Program-made: the position numbers and the translations under genes | Part shown: piece after piece, positions 1 through 11,661 of the stretch | Layout of the letters: every line of letters begins with the position of its first letter | Numbering within the stretch: the stretch's first letter is position 1 | Source of the DNA: Marsupella aquatica | Taxonomy: Eukaryota > Plantae > Marchantiophyta | DNA length: 64,000 bases | NCBI GenBank assembly: GCA_973895155.1 | Contig: OZ316895.1 | Coordinates: forward strand, 7,614,184 to 7,678,183 | Direction of reading: 5' to 3' | Notes under the pieces: generated by a model | The model's input: the letters and a program-made list of their open reading frames with translations, nothing else | The model's database searches: none | Told to the model about the DNA's origin: nothing

Positions 1-1949
1 CCTCGCAAAACCCTAAAGCAAAACCCCAATCCTCCCACCCCGTGGTTACGCACTTAGGTCAGGCGCAAATGCCTAGCGACCCTAAACTCCTGCAGCTGTT
101 GTGTTAGTGCCCCTAAAGAGAATGAGGGACCCTATGCCAAAATGTGGGCAACAGGTGGAACTGTTGGGGTGAGCCGTTGAGTGGGATGAGCCATTGAGTG
201 TGACCCCAAACATTATTTTTGGCAAAATAAATTGTGGTAAACTGTGACATTTTGAAGAGTTGAAGGATAATCAGAAGTAAAGGGACCATGGAGAAGAGGG
301 GGCCAATGTAATTAGTCAAGCATCACTCCTTGAAAATCCATACAATGCATGCACATAGTTGAGTATATGAGACACTAGGCGACAAGACATTTTTGAAGGG
401 TTGGCATATTTACCCTGATCCCTAAACTTGGATGTGGTGCATACAACATCCACTCTCCTACCCTAAGGACAACACAACTCCTAAGAAAGGCCCAATTTAG
501 TCACTTGTGCCCAACCATGTTCATTAAGAGCCTTAAACTTTTGATTTCACCCACATTGCATGTTGTTGGGGGTTTAGGGTCGAGTCATTATGGGAGGCTT
601 GGAAAAGTTACCCTAAACTTAAAATGATGTCACCCCAAGAATTCTATGTTGCCAACTTTGCACACAATAATGAGGCAAATTAATAAGCCGCGCAACCCAC
701 TGCCATCCCCATTACCATTACCAAAAGCGTGTGCATCTTTCACAAAGTAGGGCGATTACTTTTCAGTCTTTTCATAAACCCCTTAACAATAAAAGTTGTT
801 TCTAGTGTTTATGTGAACCGGTGCAATGGTTTTGAATCATTTAAAAGTATAAAAAATGATTTAGTTGGCTTATTCCTATAAGGTTCGGTCTAAATTACCC
901 CGGTTTCTACTAGTACAATCATCACTGGCGATATCGTGATCATTTAATTATTCATGTTAAAATCATTATCATTAAGTATATAGATTAAATTTATATTTTA
1001 TTATGGGATAACTAAATACTTTGACTATTATTTATGTACATGTAAAGTGGGCAAATATGCAAGCCACAAGATGCATGCACAAATTATTTTAGATGCATGC
1101 ATTAGTTTATTTGCATGCATAATTTATTTTGATTGCAATAGCACTAGCATACATTCCTACGTTGGATGTGTGCCACTTGGCTTTCATCCAAGTGTTTGGG
1201 CGTAATCTATGCCCTTTCTGATTCAATATAAATAAAGTGGTGAGAGACACTCTTTCATCATTCCCATATTTGATAATTCCCGTGTTGAAGCGATCATTTT
1301 TTCATCTCTCATATTTTTTCTATTCTTTACTTTATGTACATAATAGTCGGGCGTCCTTTGGTCTGGATAGCAAAAAAATGAGTGATAGACTTGTAGATGA
1401 GATCTTAGGGAACATGGTTTATTTGGGAACTTAGGGATAGGGCATCATTTGGCCCGGATAGCAAAGAAACAAAAGAATTATTATGAATCTAGGAGAAAGA
1501 AATGTCTCTAATCTCTCTCATCGTAACCCATTTTTATTAGAGTCCATCTTTTAAACAAGCCATCCATGAGGTAACATCTAACCGTCCTATCATTTTGGAG
1601 CTCAATTTGCAACTGCTATTATGAGTTCTAACGAGCCAATAATATACCCAATAGTGTCCTATCGAGAGGGGTGAGAGTGCATTAGCTTTGTCTTCAATTG
1701 AAGTTATAGATCTAAATAGGAGTCCAAATGATATTTCTGTTTCATTTTCTCTTGGAGATATTATGATCATATATTGTAGAAAGATTAATTTTTGAGAAGT
1801 ATTGATCCGCAGATATGGTGAAATAGGGTTTAATAGTATATTAGTTTCACATGAACTTTTCTTAATACCCACTACCCTTATTACTAGAGTTATCATTTTG
1901 GTTTTAGTGTAAAACTTATGGACATGCAAGGTTGACTTTATAAGAGCCA

Positions 1950-3950
1950 GCATACTCTTACCAAAAAACACGGTCATCCGGATAGCGATCCAATCAGGTA
2001 ATTTTTCTCTTAATGGAGTGTCATTTTGGCACTCCAAAACTTGTGCTTCACTTGGGCATATTGCCTTTGTCATTTCGTAAAGATCTTAGCCCCAAACCTA
2101 ATCGTATATTTCTCGTCTTTCTTATTGTCTTTTCAATGGCCCATCCTATCACAAATGGGCTCGTATCAACGGTAATACTCAATGGTCTCCCACACTCATA
2201 ATCCGCAGGTTGAAGCACTGGAGAGCTCATGAGAGCATTGTTCAACTTCACCATCGCCACTTTTACTCATTTTCTCAGTTGCTCATAGAGTGGATCCGCA
2301 AGGTGCAAGAAATGAGGATTGAATCCAGATCTTGTACAACACAGAAGCCCCTAGAAACCTTCAAATTTCTGGCATCGACTCACAATCCTTCATCTTACTT
2401 ATAGCCATCACTTTATTTATATTGGTTTTTGCCCATAAGCTCCACACATCTTACCAACAACCTTCACCTAGACTTTCATTATGAACTGAGATTTCTCCCC
2501 CAAAAGAGTAAGTCCAACCTCAATTAGTTTTCCAAAAATGGCCTTGACATCAACAATGTGATCCCATACAAACTGCCAAATCCCATCACTCCTCAAAGGT
2601 CTCATCCTTAGTCTCATCCAAGCAACCCTTAATCAAAACATCATCAATAAATAGTACGTCTTGCCTTTTCTAGAATGAACGGTTTGAGAACCTTACTCAT
2701 CGTATTTTGCATATGCACCATTGAGTTAGTCGCACTTGCGAAAGAGTACACATTTGCAAGAGGCCCAAATGAGTTTTTATAGGACTTGTTATGTCTCGAG
2801 TTGGAACTGATCACATCCCAAAAATAGATCACCCATAGAGTAGATTGTCCTCCTAAAAAATTTCTTGGCAAACTCATCCACAAGCGATCCTATTCCCACA
2901 TTCCTAATCATCACTTTGTTTGGCGGCTGCATATCTTGGATGAATCTCAAACTCCCATTCTTTTCCAAATTGTAAACTATTTATTTGAGTATGGAGCATT
3001 TGACCTTTCAAGAATCCCGAATATCCCGAAACTTAGCTTTACCATCAATCATTCCGCCAATTTTGGAGCCAAAACCCATGGAACAACAATTGGTTTCAGA
3101 TCCCATAGAACATTGGGGACAATAAAGATGACCATCGGTGTCACCTTACTTGGATCTACACAACCAATCTCATCAATAAAAAATGAGAAAGCTTTGCCAT
3201 GCTCTAAAATCATACTTCAAAATGCTTCATGTTCCACCTCGATAAGCAGCCCATCAAAACTTATCTTGAGTCTTGCTAGACTCTTTTGGGAAACTTGTGC
3301 CTATTTGATCTTTGGGTCTCAACCTTGGTTCTAGTCTGGCTTGCTCCATTATTTCCATCGTATTACCCGACAAAGGTATCACTGCAGGTTTTACCTGCTT
3401 GTTGATGATCTTGTACTTTGTGTTTAAACAGACAATCTCAAAGACAAATGAGTAGTGATACTTGCTCAACTCTATTTCCATCTTCATACTTTCCAAGTCC
3501 AAAACCACACTTTTGAGTGGTTTGTCGCATCCAATTTCCACCAAAACCCCTTCCAGACTCTCATCATCATCAAGCTTGTTAGACTTGACCAAACTCTGAC
3601 TTGCTTCTATAACATATCTCTTATGCCACCCAGTCATCTCACTCCACCAACATAGATAACTTTGCTAGTCCGAGTGCACCCTACAAACAAACTGGAAAAA
3701 TATTTGTTATCTTGTGGAGCCACAACAGGAGCACTCCGCTGGTCCACAATTAAACTTCAATGGAGCACAAACCCATTTCCGTGTTTTCTTTCTTTATTAA
3801 GCTCCCTTTCAACCTCAACTTTCGGTTCTCGCTCCATGCCGAGGCTCCATGTTGCATTTGGGTTGTAATTTTTTTGGTTGCACATGTTGTGTTGTGTGAC
3901 CTTGTATAGCAAATCACCTGGCAGGGATGACATGTTCACCTAGGTTACCA
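1950..3950 (-). mobile_element. Decayed Ty3/gypsy LTR-retrotransposon internal region (RT and RNase H remnants)
   Basis: Minus-strand peptide fragments across frameshifts: GCVDPSKVTPMVIFIVPNVLWDLKPIVVPW (~3075-3165), ATNSMVHMQNTMSKVLKPF then FIDDVLIKGC (RT catalytic motif, ~2621-2740), and DYECGRPLSITVDTSPFVIGWAI (RNase H start, ~2135-2205). Many stops. Boundaries approximate. Confidence 0.8.
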
Positions 3951-4038
3951 TGCTCTTTGTGCCATGGGGGTATGAGGATTAGCTCCTTATTCTTCCAAGT
4001 TTAGCCTTTTGGCACTAATAGAGCTCATGCGAGTGTGC

Positions 4039-4043
<5 letters not shown>

Positions 4044-4088
<45 letters not shown>
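4044..4088. repeat. (GA)n microsatellite, about 22 units
   Basis: Uninterrupted GA run seen directly. Confidence 0.97.
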
Positions 4089-4091
<3 letters not shown>

Positions 4092-4779
4092 GTTGGTTAG
4101 CATGTAAAGCAACATTAACAGGGTTCTGCTATGTTTATAGACTTGGAGTCCCGCATGGCTAGCGGGTGAGCTTGGCTTGACTTAGTGATACCTTGCGACA
4201 TTATGGATTTTGTTGTATATGAGTTGTGTGTCGTGGGATTATCTATTTCTTGTTTACATGATGTGCAACAATGTGAGTTGCGTATGGATGTGTGTCTGCA
4301 CGACAACTACTACCATTTCTCCACTCACCATATCAGCTGCAGCATCATCATCAAAAATATTGTCAAGATCAAGGCACATCGACATGTGCACCAACTTTAT
4401 GACATGCATGTCTAGATATTTGTCCATGTCACTTTTGTGGATGCCCTTGCAACAAAGAATACATCTAGAAACAAAGAGTAATCCTCCTCTGGACAAAATC
4501 ATGTGATTATCTCGACGACAAGGGTGGGATGCAATTCTTCACTCTTGTTCAGTACATGTCCATATTGTTTATTCCATTCAACCAAGTCCAAATCGGGAGC
4601 ATACAATGCTCTCAGTGGCCGGTGTAGGTTTTCCACTGCAAATTGTGAGCTCAGCACCAAGCCACAAATTTGGGAGTACAACATGCATCAATTTAGGATG
4701 AACACCAGTACATATATGCCAAAGGCAACAAAAGAACTTCTCATACATTTCAAAAAGTCAAAGCTTGGTCACCTTACCT

Positions 4780-6160
4780 TAAACGCATTTTCCATGTTCT
4801 CTTCTTGACAACTATCAATCCACAAAAGTGTCCATTCTGCCATGACCTTGGCGGCTAGAACTTTAGGCTTTTCTATAGTTGTTTGCATGTTTGGATCAAT
4901 TAAGGCATCAGCAATGTAAGCGTCATATTGTGTTGCATAATCTGTCTAGTAGCTCCGGTTCACCACAACGTCAAGAGGCTGCAATAGGGAGGTCAAATTT
5001 TCTAGCACAATCCGCACAAACACATTGTAGTCTTCTAATACCTTTGCATCATGTGCCTTGGGCCACTTCAGTTATGGACCATATGCGTCAATGAGATATG
5101 TACAATGTGGGCTCCCGGTAGAACAAAGTCTCAACTTGGTTCATCAAGTCTATATTCCATTGAAGTGATCCCAACATATCCGTTCATTCCACATGCCTGG
5201 ATAGTTAAAAATCTGATTAGATTCAAAATGGCAAGTTTGCAAATTAGTATCCCTAAAGTATCTTGCATTATAATATATAATGAAATCAGTTTTACAAGAA
5301 AATACAAAGACAAAAATATACCAGTTTGGTTAACATCAACAAACACGTTAGGTGGGATTTCAGGTTTGTTTTTCCTCTTTGAAATGAGGATGTGCGATTT
5401 TAAATGTTTGTCTTCCCCACTGATGGATTGTAAGGCTATCATGAACCATTTATGGTTGGTGCCATCCTTTGTCATTATCATTCTTTGGATGCCTCGAGTA
5501 GCAATGATGGACTTTGGCTCAGTCTCGTAGTACCGTGGAACCTGGTCCATGTTGATAATGTTTTTGGGCTTGATCTTGTACATGAGTGTCAGTTAGTTCT
5601 TGGTACTCTTGAATGGAAGCCCAACACAAATCAACAGCATTCTCTAGTAGCTTTCAATCAGTCGTGTGTCTCCTTCACACCAGATTGTGTTTGCTTCTTG
5701 AACCTGTCCAACCAACCTATTGACGCTTGAAATGCCAACAGCTCCTGACTCTCTATGTTGGTGACCATCCTTTGTGCAATCTTCAAAGCCATCTTGGAGA
5801 TTATAGATCCTTCACCCTCAGTCCCTTCTCATTTCTTGCCAAGATCCAACTGTGAAGCTCCTCCTCCATTTAAGGCATCAATGGCCTCCGTCCACCCCTC
5901 CGTCCACCCCTCCGTCCACCCCTCCTTTGATGGCGTGATTTATGGGTGAAGATCTTGTCATGCTTAAGAGAGGCTTGCAATTTTGCCCTCTTCTTATACC
6001 ATCCTCTCAAAGCAAACCATGGCACTCCAAATTTTTTGGCAAGCGACACAAAGCCATGCCCTTTGATCTCTGGGTCATATTCTCGGATCACGTCCAACTT
6101 GAACTTGAGAGAGTAAGTTTGTCGCTTTTCATTTGATGTCCCACGGGGATGTCTTGGCAT
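4780..6160 (-). mobile_element. Decayed pogo-like (Tc1/mariner superfamily, CENP-B-type) transposase
   Basis: N-terminal HTH MPRHPRGTSNEKRQTYSLKFKLDVIREY...LAKKFGVPWFALRGW (ATG 6160); second HTH FQASIGWLDRFKK (~5695-5735); DDE_1 motifs IINMDQVPRYYE (~5525-5560) and LTSLLQPLDVVVNR (~4955-4997). Frameshifts and stops throughout; TIRs not found. Confidence 0.85.
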
Positions 6161-8859
6161 GACTTTTGAGTTTCTATGAAGAAAACACACTAGAGCACAG
6201 TTGTAAAATTGGAGGGTGATTGTGCCATACTATCCAATTTCATGGTACATAGATTGGCCCAAAAAATAATTCAATCTCAAAAGAGGGCTGCAAAGTGACA
6301 AACCAGGGATGAAGAAGCTTGAATGTCAACGAACCTTGGTAGCAATGTCCTATTTCTTGGTGGAGAATTCAAGTCAGTCTACCAAAAGAAAAACACGGTC
6401 ACATAGATTGGGAATTTTAGTAGGAATCAAAAAGAGTTAAATGTGTAAGTAGAGAAACTCCGTAGACCTCTCATTGGGCATTGTGGTTGGTCCATCGATG
6501 CACTTGGTGACACTTAATATGAAGGCCGGTTTTTCATAATGTGTACAAGTTATCCCAATTTGACTTCAAAGCGATAAGCTACATTCCATTGAGAAGGATC
6601 TTTGCGAGGTGGTCGACTCTCTATTGAGGGTGCAAGACCAAATGAGACATCGAATACTGTACACCAAGTTTTACTATTGGGCAAATGTGGTTGGTCCCTC
6701 TACTAATTGGTAGTTTGCCTTGGACATTGATGCAACTTGCTGAAGTGCATCGAGCAATGGAGAAAACATAATCAAATCAAGCAAGAGAGTTGAAGTACGT
6801 AAAATGCATAAGCATTAGGAGGCCAATTGAACATTGACCAAGTTTACTCCTTTGCTTCATAGTGTTGTGATCGGCAATTAGAGGCATTAGTCTCAATGGA
6901 GTTCAATGGTTGGACGTTTGAATATAAACATGAATGTCAATCCTTCACTCACCTCTCTTGTTCAAGCTCTATGGTTTGCCTCCTATCCATAGCCAGAGCC
7001 TTCTTACTTCTCGATGTTTGTTAAGGCAGTCTCCAATTTTTGTGACGGAGCAAGAATGTAGGTCCATTTTGTCTCTTAAATTTGAACTTTGTCTCTTTTG
7101 GAAAATTGCCGTGTTCTATTGAAAATTGATCACAACATCCCCCTTTAAAAGTGGTGGGAGCTTTGCCTTGTTGTTTCATTTTTTGCTGCTTGTTTGTTAT
7201 GGCCATGGCAAAGAATGTTGAGATTGAGCTTTTGACTGACATTGAATCTTTAACAGACATTGAGACAGTGGCAAAGAATGCAGAGACTGAGGCTTTGAAT
7301 GAACTCATTGACTCTTTAGCAGACAATGAGCCTTTGGCAAACACTGAGGCAAAGACTTGTTAGCGGTGAAGCTTGAGATCAACGTCGAGGCTGAGATGGA
7401 TGCACTAGTTTGTTCATTTGAGAAGATAACAGCCCCTTTTGAGGGCTCATATGCACTACTGATTCCAGAAAAATTTAGCCCTTGTTGATTCAATATATTG
7501 AAGAAAAGATTTATCTAATGCAGAGGTTCTATTTGTTATTGGATCAGTTCAATCACAACACATATGGTTGCCAAGAACTAGCACATTGTTTTGACCAATT
7601 ACAATTGGGAGAATGTGAATTGGTTTCACTCAAGTAGGAAGATCAAGTTTGTGAGTTTTGATTGGCTGAGTGCATGTCTTTATGCTGGGAAAATAGTATC
7701 GATAGGATTTTGATTTGCTTTTGGATCAACTCACCAACTGAAGTTCTCTCTGCCAGCAAATAAAGCTAGTCAGGTGTATCAATGTGTTTCTACCGAAAGA
7801 AAAGACTATGACAAATTTGGACAATCAATTTGCAGAAGGCATTTAGAAATGTCTGATTATCGTTGATTTCTGGTGCCTTATTACAAGAATGTAATTTGTT
7901 GTGCATTTGCACATGGTCCAAGTAAAGCTTTGTTGATCGTCTTCTATTTTCCGCTGTCCTTATTCATCCCGCTATCCTTATTCATTCTACTGTGCCCTCA
8001 CTCTAGAGATCCAATCTGCTGACATCGATGTCACGGTAGTCATGCTTGATGTCGGGGTAGTCGTGCTTGATGGTCAGAAATGAGGGTCTCCATAAGAAGT
8101 AATCAAACACAACATCAGGTCCCCAAACATAGTGTTGTGTTAATGTGGTGTTGTGTTTGAGTTGAAACATCTTTTTAGTCAGGAGACACAATTTTGACAA
8201 CTTTCGAACACAGTGCCATGGCGCTGTGTTCGGTGGAAGACGGTAGCCCCATGTGTATCCTCATAGGGCAGTCCGGGGGGCAGTCTCAATGGTTGAAAAA
8301 ACCCACCCTAAATCCCTCAATATACCTTACCCTAAACCCCACAACTTACAAAGCCATACCAAAAGGTGTAGCCATGTGTACCTATTAGAAGATGCCATGT
8401 GTACCACTAAGATGATGTCGCATGACAAGGATGATTATGTACCCCTTCCCAAAAACAAACGGGAGCAAAATATCCAATGCTCTTCCTTAATCAGAAAGTT
8501 ACATTCGTATATAATTGCAAGCAAATTCTAAAAATTCTCACAAAAAGCGATTGAGTTTTCGTCACATTGTGACAAACAAAGCAAGATTGAAGGACAATCA
8601 ATTAAGCATTCAAAAGCAAAAAGAGGATAGTTCATGAGCGCACTATATGTGAGTTTCAAGAATGTAAGTAAATGTCGCACCTTAGTCAATAAATTGACAT
8701 GACAGATTTCCACATAAACTACTTTTGCCACTAATACTGCATTTGAGAATTCCTAAAAAATTAAAACGCAAAAATGGATTGGGGCATTGTCTTCAAGCAC
8801 TACGGTTGAGGGGGTTTTGCCTCAGGAAAGACAACTTTTGGAAAGTGGTAGCGCTACTA

Positions 8860-9745
8860 GGGCATCTCAAACCTCTTTGTTTTGGCTCTGGTCAAGGTCA
8901 AGTAGGTTTTCCTGGAACTAAAGTGGCAAACTCTTGCATAGGAAATTCACTACTTGTGGCCAATATCCAAAATGACATTTCCAAGCCTCTAATTATTTTG
9001 CACCCCTTCAGATTTACCGGAACTAGAGTTGCAACCTCACAAATGAGTCTTTCACTACTTGTGGCCAATATCCAAAAGTGATACTTTCATACCAATATAT
9101 GAAGCTGCTATATGATGACTCCACTTTTCAGATTTATCTTATTTAGATTTTGTGCCCAGTATAGCAATTTTAATGTGCCTTAACAAGGTGATCATTTGCA
9201 TTAATTTGATCTTGGATTTACTTTTGGATCTGCAGTTAACTTAGAGTATTTTGAATGTATTTGGCTCCTCTCATAAATGTTTAATTTTTCATTTTCAATC
9301 ACTCATTAGTGAATTCTCTTTTTCTCATGAGAGTGAGAATTTGAATTTCAACAATGTGCAGATTTGGTGTACTAAGTTCCGTTTTGTGATTTCCTTTACA
9401 AAATTTATGTTTTTAATCGAATTGATTATCATTATCTAGAAGCAAGTGAACATCTTTCCCGTGTGTGAAAAGTGTATCTTTGTACTTTCTTGGTCCTAAT
9501 TTGTTTTTATTTGCATGTGGACATAATACTTAGTTTTTTGTGTTATGTCATTCACTTTTAATTAGTAAATATTAAATTTTTGACATATATTTGACATATA
9601 TTTACTTTTTTTATTATAAGATAACATATCACTAGAAAACCAACAAAAAAAAACAATGTTCTTGGATGAAACTATATGGCCAATATACCAAAATGATACT
9701 TTGAGACCAAGAATTATTTTGCAGCCCTTCAGATTTTAGAAGCCC
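8860..9745. mobile_element. Possible AT-rich non-autonomous TIR element
   Basis: Imperfect short termini GGGCATCTCAAA ... TTTAGAAGCCC, each flanked by TA. Internal repeats TGGCCAATA(T)CCAAAA at ~8957, ~9062 and ~9677. Confidence 0.3.
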
Positions 9746-9851
9746 TACTGTATGAAAGGGTAGAGTATGAGGAGTATCAATGGCGATAATTGTCACAATG
9801 TCACTGAACCTTACCCTTAATCATTGCTCCCTCGCCCTTAGTCAATGCTCC

Positions 9852-9917
9852 CTCGCCTGCATGAAGCCGGAATCGCTAGTAATCGCCGGTCAGCCATAAG
9901 GCGTTCCCGGGCCTTGT
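9852..9917 (+). other. Plastid 16S rRNA fragment inserted in nuclear DNA (NUPT); not a functional rRNA gene
   Basis: CTCGCCTGCATGAAGCCGGAATCGCTAGTAATCGCCGGTCAGCCATA(A)GGCGTTCCCGGGCCTTGT matches the 3' part of chloroplast 16S as I recall it. It lacks about 9 nt (GTGAAT..) and the flanks are non-rRNA. Confidence 0.85.
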
Positions 9918-11661
9918 CCTCAGTGGAGCTGCTGTCCTAATAATACGTGTTTGGACGGTTGCCCGGTTGACGCATCGATCCGTCCATCACTCCATCTGAA
10001 ACCATAATAATACACAATCATGCACCGACCCAAGAGAAGAACATACGAGGATGACCTCTTGTCATCGACTGGCCTGACCTCGACTGAAGTGACCACTTTC
10101 ATTGGCGCTTAAAGTGTGCAAGAAAATAGCTTTGTCAGACAGAGTGGACAACACCACGGACACTGAAAGACATTGGAAGAACATGATCCCTCTCGACGAT
10201 GTTGTTAATGCTCACCGTATCCAAATTTCAGATTTGACTTTGACAGCTTCACGGCATTCCTGTTCGGGATCTGTGCAACAGGCATCAGAAAAGACTGAAA
10301 ATGAAATGTTCCGGTGTAACTAATGCTATTAATCAAGTCGACTATTATTGGAGAGCTGCTGTAGCTGGGTCGCTGGGAAGCTTCGATGGATGACTCACGG
10401 AAACTACAACTTGGTACAGCAGTAGACGGACCTGTAATGGATGGCATACGGGTAGTACTACCTGAGACTTAGACTACTCTAAAGGTGTTGGTATACTACA
10501 ACCTAGCTTGTGGTTGATGGCAAATCACTGATCGAGATTCCGGAATTTGGCTCCAACCTGTGCTGGATGACTTAGATTAAATATGCAACTGTGCTGTGTA
10601 CAAACTGTGGACGCCATAACTGATACTTGGATCGATGAAATAGTGAGTTCGGTAGTTTGCAAAACTGCCCCGTGAGGTGATTGTATAATAAGATTCCACA
10701 GCCTGCTGTACACGAGTTGTGATGAATGAATGACATAATAAACTGAGACTACCGTGGTCGGCGCACACCAACTGTGACGAGATACACTTACTAGTAGTAG
10801 TACCGTAAAATTGGCGTTGTAATGACACTGCCAGATCTCTTAATGAATGGGCAGATTCAGTTTAGTATAATGGAAGAGAGGAGAACGGTGCCTTTGCATA
10901 CTAAACACGACGTGATTACTCAGCTTCAATGCCTTCACAGACTCACAGTCGCAGCTTGCAAAACGTGTGTGACTGAGAGGCCAGACAGCCGATGTATTGA
11001 TGAGAGGGACAAGTATGACCGGTACAAAGGATCCCGAGACTGCGGGCTGGGAGCGGAGTAAGGGGAGAGACGGGAGCCGTCAGTATTGGAAAATTTTATA
11101 ATAATAAAAAACATACAGTATGTGAAAGGACGTCCTCCGCTGCGAGAGACTGTAGCTGCCATGCATGAGCGAGAACCGAGCCACTGCGAAGCGAAAGCTA
11201 GAGTACGTCACCGATTAGCAAGCAAGCCTCCAACGCCGGGCTCCAACGACCTCCAGAGTCCAGCGAACCACATGTCCGTTGAACAGTAGGGCAAAGCTGA
11301 GCAGTTTTTCTGTTGCGGAAGAGAGAGGTTGAATTGGGTTGGGTTGCAGCGGATCAGCTCAGCTTTTCTCCTGACGATGTGAATTGATGATGATTCCTAT
11401 CGTCCCTTCTCTGTATCGATCGCCACCTTCCAACGGTGATACGTTGGAGAAAGCCGTCATTAGGGGACAACAAATAGTGCAACGGTAAAGCTACTTCATT
11501 CTTTCTCTTCCCACCCAACCATTCCATTCCACCACGGCCACCGGGAAAAGGAATTTGTGGAGGGGGGCGGGGCCTAGCTGAGCTTGTGCTGAGCTAAGCT
11601 GAGCTGGGTTGTGCTGTTCGGAAACGAGACACGACGGGAGGAGCGAGGGAGGACAAGCGGA

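Noticed and set aside
7021-7363. Acidic repetitive peptide AKNVEIELLTDIESLTDIETVAKNAETEAL
   Set aside because: Short, internally repeated, with no start or splice context; probably TE debris.
7940-7995. Possible 5' TIR of the pogo element (CAGTAGAA.. on the minus strand, with repeated TCCTTATTCAT)
   Set aside because: No matching inverted copy was found on the other side of the transposase.
9852-9917. Functional rRNA gene
   Set aside because: Only 66 bp, internally deleted, with non-rRNA flanks.
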